Assembly: GCF_000142905.1 (NCBI RefSeq)
Contig: NW_013657630.1
Span: forward strand, 1-64,000
Direction: 5' to 3'
Source of the DNA: Thecamonas trahens ATCC 50062
Taxonomy: Eukaryota; Protista; Apusomonadida
DNA: 64,000 nt
Shown here: piece after piece, positions 1 through 12,429 of the stretch
How positions within the stretch are numbered: position 1 is the stretch's first letter
Layout of the letters: the number at the start of each line of letters is the position of its first letter
The notes under the pieces: generated by a model
Seen by the model: the letters and a program-made list of their open reading frames with translations, nothing else
Told to the model about the DNA's origin: nothing
Databases searched by the model: none
Position numbers and translations under genes: made by a program

Positions 1-1892
1 GCTCGATGAGGTGGGCAAAGCCGGCAGTCATGCCATAAATGCAATAGTGGGTGCAGTCGCCTCCGCCAACGGATTCGCCTGGGTGCGGGGAGTCCTCCAC
101 CGGGTTGTTGAGGTAGTGCTGATAGGTCGGCACAAAGTTGGGGCCGAGGAGCTCGGCGACCTTGTCGCCGCGGGCGATGGTGATCGGGGTCGGGTCGTCG
201 CCAACGAGACTACGAAGGTTCCCTGGGTCGGCGCCAGCGGCGGCCCACGCGGCAAACTCTTCGTCTGAGAGTTCGCCCTGGGCCTCGGCCTCGGTGAGGA
301 GGCCGTACTCGACGGCCTTGCGGAGGACAATCTCGTAGAAGAGACGTATCACAGGATCATAGGCGGCGACGCGACCGCAGCTTGGCGAGCTGCGCGTCGA
401 AAAGGCGCCGTTGAGGCGGGTGTTGTCAAAGCCTTGCGGAAGCTTTTCAAAGACAATGAGGGTCGGAAGGGGGCCTTGTGGGAGGGCATCAAGATCGGCT
501 TTGAGGGCAGGGCTGGGATCGTAACTGGGGTCCGGCTTGTGGCCACCGACGGCGCCGAAAAACCAGTCGACAACAAACGAGTAGGCCTTGGTGCCGTGGA
601 CGAACCACTCGTTGTTTTCATAAAACGGCGAGCCGCCGACAACGACAATGTCGTCCGCCCCGACCTTGCGGCTGATGCGCTCTTGGATGATGGTGTTGAG
701 GGCGGGATCGTCCAACGGGCTGCCGTCAGGCTTGTACCAGACTAGGGCATTGAAAACAGGCGGGGAGTTCTTCAGCGGCCAGAGCCTCGGCAACTTGTTC
801 TGCCAGCTCAAAGTCGTGCCACTTTTGGCAGATGAGGATATCGTGCTCAAAGTAGGTACATGCACGGAGGGCATACGAGTCGTTCGTGTGAGCGTAGGCG
901 ACGGCACGGAGGCCGCGGCCGCACACTATGTCCGTGTATAGACCACGGCCAACCGAGTCGGAGACAATATGAATGGTCCTCCCTTCGAGGTGGGTAAAAA
1001 GTGTCTCCGTGTCGAGCTTGGTGATAAAGGGCGATCCAGGCTCGGGGATAAAGGCAGTATCGAGGCCGTGGACGCCGATCCTGCAGCGTATGATCTCGCT
1101 GCGCGGAAAGAAAGAGCCGGGTTCGTTGTGGTCGTTCACGCCGATCATGCACCGGCTCTCGTCAGCCCAGGAAGTCAGCTTGCAGGCATGCGGCGCGATG
1201 GCGTCTTGGACATCAGCCGGATTGAAGACAAAGGCGGCGTCTGGGATGACGACAACATCGTGGGACTTGTGTCGCGGATTCTCCGTCTCGACGCTCATGG
1301 CCTTGTACTTGTACGTCACGTTTGTCTCGCGCGAGAGCGAGGTCTTGCACGATCGCTCCAACGCCGACTTTGGATCCTCCCAGACACGCGGGGCGGAACA
1401 GAGGTCAGTAACACACGCCGGTAGATCCTCACTTGCCGAAGTCGACACCGTGGCATCGATTGTCTCCGGCATCGACCAACCAAAGAACTTGCGCGGAACT
1501 CGCCGAAAGACGCCACGGAAATGCGGCCGATCATACGGGCCAAGAGTAGACCCGGGCGTTATGGGCGAAGGCGTGGCAGCAGACGAGGATGAAGTTGATG
1601 GCGCCGGAGGTGCGGGAGGCGCGGAAGGCGCGGGAGGCGCGGGAGGCGCGGGAGGTGCGGGAGGTGCAGGGGGCGCGGGGGGCGCGGGGGGCGCGGGGGG
1701 CGCGGGAGGTGCATGCAAAGTTACAGAATGAGTGGCAGACGATGACCCGAGTGAGCTGTTGGACGACAGAGCTAAGAGCGAGAAGAGCGGGTAGAGAACC
1801 AAGAGCACGGTGAGGACGTAGACAAGCCGAACATTAGCAAAGGACCAATAGCCACACAAGGCTCTATCTGAAGAAGAAGAAGGCTCTCGCAT
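1..1892 (-). CDS. Type II membrane PC-esterase/SGNH-like (TBL/Cas1p-type) acyl-esterase or O-acetyltransferase; 3' end runs off the window; +1 frameshift near 810
   Basis: N-terminal TM (LVYVLTVLLVLYPLFSLLAL), PPA stem and GDS-like motif IVSDSVGR. The frame after ~810 (WQNKLPRLWPLKNSPPVFNALVWYKPDG...) is open to base 1 and contains the DxxH motif GGDCTHYC at ~41-64. Confidence 0.7.
1602..1711 (-). repeat. 9-bp coding tandem repeat encoding (PPA)n
   Basis: About 12 copies of ggcgcggga/ggtgcggga; translation APPAPPAPP... Confidence 0.9.
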
Positions 1893-2359
1893 GGATAATG
1901 ACCGAGCTGAAGGACCGACGAGTGGGTAAGCCGCCGAGTCGATGCCGACCAGCCAAGTGACAGTATAGAGTTCGTTGGCAGTTTCGTTGGCAAGACAGGC
2001 AACCCCGCTCTTTGGTGTGGGTCCGTCTGCACTCTCACCATGATCGTCTTTGTTTGTGCGCGGCTGTGACCGCTGCTGACTCGTCGGCGGGCCGAGCCGA
2101 TATTGTGTGGCTCACTGACTTTAGCACCACGTTGACAGCACTCCATCCCTCCACGCGGGAACGGTCCGCACGTAATGCCGTACCAAGCAATGTCCTTGGC
2201 GCTGGGCCCACCGTTTCACTGCGCCTGGCGCCGCGTCATCCCCCCTTGTACAGCGACTTCCACGCCTCCCAATCGTGCCACCCCACCCCCCCTCTCCCAT
2301 CGATCGACTGCTCCACATGATTTGGTTTCTTCATTTGCTGCCCGAGCTGCGCTACGTGG

Positions 2360-2379
2360 TGTGTTCTGAAAAGAACACA
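2360..2379 (-). promoter_or_regulatory. Histone mRNA 3' stem-loop (SLBP-type)
   Basis: Minus strand TGTGTTCT-TTTC-AGAACACA, a perfect 8-bp stem with a UUUC loop 58 nt after the H4 stop, with CA-rich flanks (CAACAACC / CCAC). Confidence 0.8.
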
Positions 2380-2437
2380 GGTTGTTGTTGTTGTTGTTGC
2401 TGCTGCTGTGAGCTTGCGCCCGCCAGCGACACCATGC

Positions 2438-2773
<336 letters not shown>

Positions 2774-2812
2774 CTACATTACGAGTGGGCGATGGCGGAA
2801 GAGTGCGCCGCC

Positions 2813-2819
2813 TTTTATA
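2813..2819 (-). promoter_or_regulatory. TATA box of histone H4
   Basis: TATAAAA on the minus strand ~64 nt upstream of the ATG, in a GC-rich context. Confidence 0.65.
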
Positions 2820-3576
2820 CCCCTGGCGCGCCCAAATTCGCCGCACAACTGCATATTTCGTGCCACCCAGTCCCGTCCAACTATAATCAATCACTCTCAA
2901 TTAAACTCGACCTCACGCCACCCTACACCACCACCCCATACAGCCGCCCACCTGCGCCTTCTCCACTCACACTTGCAGTACCCGTACATCTTTGACACTA
3001 CTATCAACTACTAGCTTCTTGGCCATCTAATCTCCATCCCTACACTCTGAACACATCTGTATATTTCGTGCCACCCAATCCAACAGGAACCGCGCCGCGC
3101 GCGCACCTGCCCGATCCGCCACAACCTGCGCGTCCCCATCAGGCCCGCCCCCACACCATCATATCCCCTATACACGCAACCACAAAGCCTACCAGTTCTA
3201 GCCTCTCATCTTTAGCACTCTCTCCCCGCCTCAACACTCCCCGATTGAGTTCTCGGCTCATCCTTCCCTCTCATCCTTGGGCCCCACGAACGCACTCGCT
3301 CTGCTCCATCTCCTTCTCCCCACACACTCAAACAACACTCTACACCGCCTGTGTCCACCCGCATCACCTTTGTCAACCATCCACACCTTGGGCAAGCGGT
3401 TGCACTCCCTATTTTCCAAGATTCGTTCTCGCGTGCCTTCCGCAGCGCCCTGTCTGTCGGTGCCACGGCTACTTTGCGATCAACTGTCGCGCCACACGCC
3501 TTCCCCCTCCCCCACCACACTCACCCGCACGCACACACACACTTCCCCACACCTTGCCACCCGTTGGTCACCCCAC

Positions 3577-6500
3577 ATGGACACGGTGGACCCAACGGAG
3601 CTACACAAAGCGCTCACCTCGTTCTCGCCATGCAGCCACCCCCACGGACCCTTGCCACGTCCCTGGCAAACTCTCGCGTGGCCCGTGCCCGCCTCCGCCT
3701 CGCCTCGCTTCATGCCCGCGGCATCTACACCGACCCCTCGCCTCCGCTTCCCGAGTCGGGGCCAAGGGGCCGCATGAGCCAGGCGCTGGCGGCTGTGCAT
3801 GCGCTGATATGTGATGGTGATGATGGTGATGATGACGATGCCAGGAGCGGAGCGGATGATGATGGGCACGCCGCCAGGCCGCTCTCACCACTACCGCATG
3901 CGGTGCCGGCTCGATACGGCGTGGCCAACGTGGCGAGCTCGGGAGGCTTGGCCGCAGCGATGCTGGCAGTGGCGGCCATTGCTGGCGCCATGGATGCCAT
4001 TCTGGTCACCCACGCCGAGGCGAATGCCATCGCCGCCGTCGTGCTCTACGTTGATGGCGAATGGTGGCCGGTGCTGGTCGACGAGGAGCTGCCTGTACAC
4101 CATGCGTCGCGGTTGCCGACGGGGTTGATGCCGCTCGGCGGCCGGGTCGATATGTGGATGTTGCTGCTGGAGCGCGCGCTCGCCAAGACCGCGTACGCCA
4201 CCGGCTACGAATCGCTCCGTGGCTGCTACGCCCCGCATGTGCTCGAGACACTCACCGGCGGGCTGGTGGTCAACCACGAGCTGCCGCACGCGGCGCCGCC
4301 GTTGCTTGCCCCGGGCTCGGCCCTGCTCTGGCGCGGGACGCTGACCAACGGGACCGACGTCGAGCAGATTGAAGCCTGGATCTCGTTTGTGGGCGGCCGA
4401 ATGGGCGGCGGCGGTGTTGACTCGCAGGGTGTGTTCGACGTCGTTGGCGAGTATGCCGGTGACGGCTCGGTCTCGTTCCAGCTTAACCATCACGCCTTGC
4501 TCGAGACCTCGGGCGTTCTCCGCTACCACGGAACGTACATGCCCGACTCTGGCAAGCTTGCAGGCAAGGCCACATCGCTGCTGTATCCAGGCTACGTCAC
4601 GGCCTTTGAGCTCACCCTAGCCTCGGTGCCTGACGCGGCTGAGCTCTGCCTCTTTGCCTCGCCGTGGGAGATGCTCTCGCGATGGTGGCGCGCCGAGCAA
4701 CCGCTTCTCGTCTGCGGCACTGAGCCACACGAGGCGTACCCAGTTGTCGACGTCGCTCTCACCGACGGCGTGCCGTGGATTGCTGTTCGCGAGCCCGACC
4801 CGACCGCGCCCGAGTCTCGAGTTGCTGCCGCCGCTGCTGCTGCCCTCGCCGCCGCGCCTCCCGGCAAGACACCCGTAGCCGACGGCATCCGCGACCCGGC
4901 CCACTGGCTCCCGCTCGATGCCTTTCCGCTCCGCGGCTTTGTCCTCTCGCGAGCGGTCATGCTCACCGAGACCTCGGCGCCGCACGTCCTCATCCACAAG
5001 GGCTACTTTGCGCCGCCGCGTGCCGGCGAGCCGCCGTTTGACGACCAGTGGCTCGCGTGCAACCCGCAGTACGCGCTCCGACCGTCGTCACTCGGTCTAT
5101 TCACCATCTCGGTCTCGCAGCCAGACTCACGCCGACATGCCGGCTGGGACAGCTACCCGATCGGCGTCGGCTTTCGCGTCTACATCTCGCGCTTCCCGAC
5201 CGACACCATCCGCGACATGCTCGACGCCTTTTGCATTGCCGACATTCCGCCGGTGCCCGGCAAGCGGAGCGTGTCGATCGACCTCGCGTTGCTCCCTCTC
5301 TCGCTGCAGAACGACGATGGCGAGGCCGCGCCAGCCGCCGCTGCAAGCGTCCACGGCCGCGGCGGGGGCTCTGGCCGCGCCTACTTTGTCGTGCCGTACA
5401 CCTCGACGCCCTCGGTCGGCCTGCCTTACATTCTCCGCGTCGCCGCCGCCACCGAGTTTACTCTCGAACTCCGCTCGGGCACCCCGCCGTGTGGCGTGTG
5501 CGGCCGCACCACCTCGCTCGGCCTTGTTCTTCAGCCGGGCGCTCTCCCGGTCTGCGACGGATGCTACTACCGCAACGTCACCGCCGACGGCGTTTTTCTC
5601 TCCCGCGCAAGATTCGTAAGAGCCGCAAGGGCAAGGACAGAGTGGCGTCGGCATCGGCAGCCATGTTTGCATCGGCGGCGCAGGGGCTACGGCGACCAGT
5701 AGCCGCAGCTGCGGCTGCTGCCGCCGGTGCCGGCGCCGGCCCGCGTGGCGCGGCACGGCAGTCTGCCGCATGGTCCGCGCTGGCGCCGGGCTCTGTGGCA
5801 TCGCGCAAGCTTCGAGCCGAGCTCTACACCTCGGTGGAGCGGCGGATCTGCGTCGAGCCGTTCTTCTGCCTCATGTGCAAGACACAGCTTGTGGGCGAGT
5901 GCTACTACTGCGTCGACTGTCCGCCGAGCACCTTTCTCTGTCCGGTCTGTCGACTGTACTTTAACCAGGCCGTTACGCTCCACCAGTACCCGCCGTTTGA
6001 GGGCCATGCTTTGAGCACGACATGATCCGGATCAACGTACTCGAGGTGTGCGCCGGGTGCAAGATGGTCTCGTTTGTGGGCGCCCGCTACGAGTGCATCA
6101 CGTGCTCAGAGGGCGACGACGGTGAGCGAGCCAAAACACCGGCACTCGTGCTCTGTGCCCGATGTGTGGCCGACGGCGTTGTCGCACGACCCGGCCACGT
6201 CCCGGGCAAGCATGTCCTCCTCGAGGGTCGCGACGACGAGGGCGAGCGGTGGCGGGTCGAGACTCCCAAGGTGCCGCGTGTCAACATCGGCCGCGAGCCG
6301 CGACTCAACGACGATGGCATGATTGTGTACTCGGGCTCGTGGACCAAGGACGCGTACGAGCTACCGTACCGGACGCTGCTGACCCAGCTCGAGGCCGCGC
6401 CACCGCCGACGGACCCTCCGCCGCCGCCGCTGCAAGTCCCGGCAACCTACCGGGCCCCGCGCATCTCGCCCGGCGTCGAGATTAAGTCGCCACTTCCGGC

Positions 6501-7413
6501 TGCTCTGGCCGGGCTCTCGCTCGGCCCATCGGCGCTCTCGTCGTCGACCTCGTCGTTCTCGCTCCTCCCGCCGTGGTCGCTCACCCAGCCCGCAAATGTC
6601 CAGACCTCGGCGCTCCGGCTGCCGTGCGTCTCGTTCTCCAAGGACTTTTTCGTCGACGCTAACGACTCGATCGACGTCTTCAAGCAGTGGTGGCATGTCC
6701 TCCGCCCGCTCTCCCTTCTTGGCGTCGTTATCTCCGACGCGGTCTCCCAAGTCGCCACACACCACGACTGGGCTGTGTACTCGGACCCGCGCTACGCCGG
6801 CACGCTCTACTTTGTCCCGCCGCCTGTTGTTGGCCTCCCGCCCACCTGGTCACCGCCCATAGACGTCGCCGCACAAGCTTCGTGGTCGGCAACCCATCTC
6901 AACACCGTACTCGAGGACCCGCCGCCGGAGCTGCCGGCCGCCTTGCTTGCGCCCGCGACTGCGCTCCACACCCGTGGCGCTTCCGCGGCTGCTGCCGCGG
7001 CTACTTCCGCCATCGGCGCGCCGGCCATCTCCGGCGCAGCTTCAGGCGTCATCACACCGTCGTACCCCGCGGCGTCGACCTCAACCGCCAGTGCCGGCGC
7101 CACCACGGGCAAGCCCGCGACCTCGCCCGAGTCGCGCGTCGCGCTCGCCGCCGTCGCCATCGTCGACGCCGCCTCGCGCCGCCCGTCGCCCGGCGAGCTC
7201 GCTGCCGTCTTCCGCATGGGCGCCGGCCGCCTCGACACCGTCTCCTACTACGTCTTTCGTAATGTTGTCCGCGACGTGCTCGGCGTCAACCTCGGCGAGG
7301 CTCAGGCGGTCGCCCTCTTCGAGGACCTCGATCCCTCGCACGTCGGCCGGGTTGTCTTTGCCTCGTTCTGCGCCGCCGTCGACGCCGCCATCCGCGACTC
7401 CTCGCTCGACTAG
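3577..7413 (+). CDS. Catalytically inactive calpain-like protein (CysPc + domain III + zinc ribbon + two ZZ-like fingers + EF-hand-like C-terminus); frameshifts at ~3619, ~5595, ~6011
   Basis: Calpain motifs YVDGEWWPVLVDEELP, WMLLLERALAK..GYESLRG...LETLTGG and NPQY; ZZ-like CLMC..YYCVDC..CPVC and CAGC..RYECITC..CARC..H; C-terminal LFEDLDPSHVGRVVFASF. Three ORFs join by adding one T in T-runs. The start is uncertain. Confidence 0.7.
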
Positions 7414-7569
7414 CGCGGCAACAACAACACACACACTACAATACAGAGCAGCACTGCACTGCACGGCAAGCAAGTTCATTCACATCAGAGAGAGCAAAGG
7501 CATCTCGCCCGCTGGCGAAAAAAAGAAGACTGGTCAAACAACCTCAACTGTACAAGACAGAGAGAGGTT

Positions 7570-8292
7570 TTAGGACGAGTACGAGCCCGAGCCCGAGGCC
7601 GAGGCCGCGTCGTAGGTGTAGTCGTCACCAGAGTAGGCCTCGACGTCCTCGACGGCGGCGGCCTTCTCGGTGTTGTCAGCAGCCTCCGGGGCGCCGACAA
7701 CAAAGTTGAGGGCGACGAGGGCAGCGAGGGTGACGGCAACGACGGCACCGATGACAATCATGAGGATGCGGGCAAGCTCGAACTTGTCCTTGACGTCGCC
7801 AGTCGGGTCGGCGCCGACAACCTCGTCAACAGTCTCGACGTGGAGGAACATGCCCCAGAAGGCGATGATGAGGGTGGTGAGGAGGCCGAGGGCAAAGGCG
7901 ACGGTGCGGAAGGGCTGGAAGGCGTAGGCGTAGGCGATGGTGTAGATCTGGCGGAAGACCGAGAAGAGCATGGCGAGGATGAGGAAGGCAAGGACGGAAC
8001 CCTCATCGTAGTTCGTCGAGATGCCGTTGACCATGACCGAACCGGCAAAGAAGAAGGCAACGGTGTTGAGAAGCTCGTTGCGCGAGATGCGGCCCCACCG
8101 GTCGGTGGCGGCGTCGACGACGGCGGCGTCGCCGTTGTCCTCGTTGTTGACGGCACCGCCGGCAGCGAAGCGGTTGTACGCCTGCTTCAGCTCAATGGCG
8201 GCGATCTTGAAGACCTGCACACCAATGGTGAAGTTGAACACAGCGTTCATGGCGGCAGCGGACTGCTGGGTAACGTTGGTGATGTCGGCCAT
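7570..8292 (-). CDS. Hypothetical multi-pass (~4 TM) membrane protein
   Basis: 240-aa ORF with very strong GC3 bias, four hydrophobic segments and an acidic Tyr-containing tail. Confidence 0.8.
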   Translation of the reverse strand: MADITNVTQQSAAAMNAVFNFTIGVQVFKIAAIELKQAYNRFAAGGAVNNEDNGDAAVVDAATDRWGRISRNELLNTVAFFFAGSVMVNGISTNYDEGSVLAFLILAMLFSVFRQIYTIAYAYAFQPFRTVAFALGLLTTLIIAFWGMFLHVETVDEVVGADPTGDVKDKFELARILMIVIGAVVAVTLAALVALNFVVGAPEAADNTEKAAAVEDVEAYSGDDYTYDAASASGSGSYSS

Positions 8293-8819
8293 ATTGTTTG
8301 ATAGTCGAGAGAGGGGTGCCCGTCACCGCGGTGTCCGTTGCGACCCAACGGCTGGCGAATTTTATTTCGGCTGGCCATCCTTTGTCCGACTCGGCCCTCG
8401 GCCCCCTTCCTCAGCATCGCACACTCGCTAGAGACGCCCTTACTGGATGCTCTTGTGCACCCAGAATACCCACATGCATTTCTCTTTGGTAGGCTTTTCA
8501 ACCGTGGAATAACATCTCTGTACATCCCACAATGCCCTTGCCACGGCCCCTGCCCGCAGAGGGATCGAACAACTTCGAAAGGGATCACGTTTGGGCGCCA
8601 AAAAAAAGCCGATACGCGACCGCCCGCTCTGCATCCACAACCACTCCCGCTCCCGCCCCGGCCCAAGATCCCGGTCGAACTCCCCAGAAATATTTTACCA
8701 CACTCACCCCCACCCCCCACCCCCCATCCCCCTGCCTACCCCCAAAAACCTGCCCTCCGCCCACCCGTGTTCGTTGTTGCCACCTGTCCCCCCCTCCCCC
8801 CTCCCCCCTCCCCCCCCTC

Positions 8820-11800
8820 ATGCCCACCGCATCCGAGTACCTCGTCCTCGCGGCGCGTAAGGGAGCTGCGTCAAAGATTGGCGCACTTGCGGCACGTGGG
8901 GCGGACGTCGACTTTGTGGATGACCGTGGCCTCACGCCGTTGCTCCATGCCCTCGCCCGGAGGGACGGAGAGACTACGGAAGCCGTTTGCATGGCTGGTG
9001 CCGATACCGAGCTCATCTCACCGTCTGCCATCTCCCCGCTCATCCTCGCCCTCCTCTCGGGCGAGCTAACTCTGGTTGACATTGTTCTCTCCTATGGCGC
9101 AGAGCCGAACCGTCCCGCTGCTGCTCCCTACACCGCCCCGCAATCGTCGTCGTCATCGTCGCTGGCAACGCAACAGACGGAACCGCCGAGTCCTCAGCCG
9201 CAGCTGCCTCCTCCGGCCTCTCAAGGTCTCGGCTCGCCGGCTCGAAAAAAGCCTCCGCCTCCGTCGCACCCGCCGCCGCCTCTGTCGCCGACCGCAGCGG
9301 CGCATCATCCACCGCCATCGCCATCGCCGTCGCCATCGCCGGTCGATGTGCTGGCATGGGCCAACGTGCGCGAGGCAGGCGTGTGCGAACAACTTGTGGC
9401 GCCGCTGAGGCTCGACCGCATCGAGATCTGGCTCCCCCTCCACCTCGCCATCGCCCTGGAGAGGCCCGATTTTGTCGAGCTGCTGCTGCTGGCGGGTGCA
9501 AGCGTTGATGAGGTCATGGACAAAGTCGGCGAGCCGCTGCATCTGGCGGCTGCAGCCGGCTCGGTTGCGTGCGCGCAAATACTGCTTGACGCCGGCGCCG
9601 AGTCGTCGCGTGGCGCACCAGTCACCGGCGCCACTCCGCTGCACTTGGCCGGAACGATAGGCGGCAATGTCGGCGTCCTCGCGCTCCTCAAGAACGCCGG
9701 CGCCGACTTTCAGGCTCTCGACGCGTCGGGCAAGACGCCGCTAGCGGCGGCGTCAGCTGCGCCTCCCGGCTCGGTTCCATCGGATGTCATCCGGTTCCTC
9801 ACCAACTACACCAAGGTCTCGCTCAACAAGCACCTGACCGCGGCCACCGAGACAACGGTCGACACCGCGCGCCCGCGCTCGGCAGAGGTCCTCAACTACC
9901 CAGCAGCAGGCTCCGCACCAGCTCTGCTTCTAGGCTCGATCCTTGGCGACATCGACGAGGAGCGCGCCCTGCCGGTCCTTACCCAGGCCGGCATTTCGGA
10001 CGAGCTGCTCAACTACGCCACAACGCCACGGGCTGACCTCGAGGCTCGCCTTCGCGGGACCGGCGCGCTCTCCTCGGTGGCGCTCGCGCGCTTTCTTGCC
10101 GAAGTCGATGCGTACAACGCCAAGTCGGACGCAGCCGCAGCCGCAGCCGCAGCCGCGGCGTCTCCACCGTCGACGCCCACGCTGCCGGTCCCGCGCGGGC
10201 GTCGCTCAAACTCGGTCTCGAAAGATGCCGGCTCGCCGCTGGCGGCGCCGCTGATGGCGCCGGGCGAGGCGACCATCACCATGGCCGCTGTGGCAAGCGG
10301 CGGCAAGTTCAAGCGCCAGACCACGTACGTTGTCACCCTCCGTCCTCCAGGCATCGCGGTCGAGCGCAGGTACAAGGACTTTGCCTGGCTGGCCACCCGC
10401 CTCCGCAACATTTACCCGTTCCGCTCGGTGCCGGGCCTGCCTCCACCGTCGCGCCAGACCGGCGCCGACGCCACAGACGCAACTCGGCGGCAGCTGCTCA
10501 TCTTTCTCCGCCACATTCACGCCCGCCCAGACGTCTACGACCCAGCGCTGCTCAAGCCATTCCTTCTCCTCTCGACCGCCAGTGAATGGGACGCCCACAA
10601 GCGATCTGCGTCCAAGCACCCGCCACCGCCCGAGGCTGAGTCCCATCTACACGGGCGCGACGCCGCCGCTCACATCCGGCCCGACGCCGATGCATACCTC
10701 ACTGCTCTTCACGCTTCGATCTCCGCTTTTGCACTTCGTTCGAGCCGGTCCACACTGCCGCCGCTGACCTAGTTGCTGTCCACGCTGCCCACACCGCTGC
10801 TGCGACCGCCTTTTCGTCGGCGGTGGCCTCGATGCGGGAGGCGGCGACGCCCGAGGCGGCGGCGGGGCGGCAACCTCGCCAGCTACGGGCTCAAGTGTGC
10901 ACGCTGAGCTCCGCGCCGAGCTTGACGCCATGATGGATGCAGCATCAGGCGTGCTGGAGTACGCGTTGGCGTCGGATGTCGAGTGTGTCACCGCTGCCGT
11001 CTCGCAGCTCGCCGGCTCGGCCCGCAAGGCGCTCAAGATCGGCAAGACTGCCGTTGACGCCCGCGACTCGCCGGTTGGCCTCCGTGACGCTCTCAAGGGC
11101 ATCTCGCTCCACCTCGTGGCAGTCCTCAACGTCGTGCCGCGGGTCTCTGCCTCGCCGGGTGGGCTGGACGATCTGATGGACCTCAACTCGTGCACCCACG
11201 CGCTGACCGGAGCGGTGGAGCGATTGCTCTCGCTGCTCGCGCTCACCGCGTCAAACTCGTCGAACGCGCCCTCGCGCAACATGGTGGCGCTCTCGGCGTA
11301 CGCTGAGACCCACGGCGCGCTTGGTGCCATGCACACCCGGCAGGCCGCGGTGGAGTCGGCCGTCCTTCTTGACACCATGTACGAGGTCATCTCTGTCGCG
11401 CGCTCGCTGCTGGTCGCGTTTGATAACAGGTCCGTCGTCGCCACCAAGTTTGACTCGTCGCAGAAGAAGACGCTGGCGGCCCAGCTCAAGCTCCGGACCG
11501 CCCGCGACAAGGCCTCCTCACCGTCCGACTCGACCGTGGCCAAGCTCGAGGCGCTCGCCCGCCACAACCAGGCCAAGCTCGAGCAGCGCCGCACCGAGCT
11601 CTCGTTTGCTACCTACGCACTGCTCGAGGACACCCACTACGTCCGCGATGTGCTCATCTCCAAGCTCACCCACGCGCTGGCCCACCTGGCCTTCTCCACC
11701 TCGTCGTTTAACTCACAAGTCGCCGCCGTCTGGCTCCGCGCCCACGCAGACCTCGCCGCCATCGATGCCGAGCTTCACGCTGCAGGCACCGCCCCGGCTT

Positions 11801-11889
11801 CTGCCGTCGACCTGGAGCATGGGAGCAGCGCCGCCGACAGCACGATGCCGCCGCGCCGCACCCGCGCGCGGTCTGCCACTCTTGCCTGA
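8820..11889 (+). CDS. Ankyrin-repeat, SAM-like, PX and BAR-like domain protein (sorting nexin-like); frameshifts at ~10728 and ~10865
   Basis: Ankyrin motifs GLTPLLHA, PLHLAI, TPLHLA and GKTPL; PX motif VERRYKDFAWLATRL..YPFRSVPGLPP; helical BAR-like C-terminus. Two -1 shifts in T4 and G4 runs link ORFs 8532-10772 and 10897-11889. Confidence 0.8.
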
Positions 11890-12429
11890 TGCATGTGCGT
11901 GTGGGTTGCGAGCGAAGAGGGGGTACCGCGAGTGGTCTACTTTGCTCAGAAACAGAGAGCGATGACAGCAGCTGCGATGAGAACGGCAGCGACAACAGAG
12001 GCGAGTGGGGCGAGTGGGCGAGGCGCGAGGCAAGAGGCTTGAGGCGCGAGGCGCAAGGCGGCCAAAGTGGTGTCGCCAAGCCTCGCGCTCACGACACGTA
12101 CAGATGCTATCGACCGACAGCAAGGTGCAGGCGTAGTCGGCATCGGTTATGATCTGAACGTTAGTGCCGTAGCCTCAGCTGATTCCGCCGAGCGGCGAGC
12201 CAACAACAACCACATTGCGCGCACTCAGGTCGCCACCCCTCGGAAACGAACTCCCCTCAACGAAACCAACTTCCCAACGAAACCAACGCCCCAACGGCCA
12301 CCACCGCAACCCCCCCCCCCATTCTCAGGTCCATCAGGGACACCCACCCCCCCCCCACCCACCCCCACCCACCCCACCTCACCCCCACCCCACCCCCACC
12401 CCCACCCCCCACCGCACACAGCCCCAACT

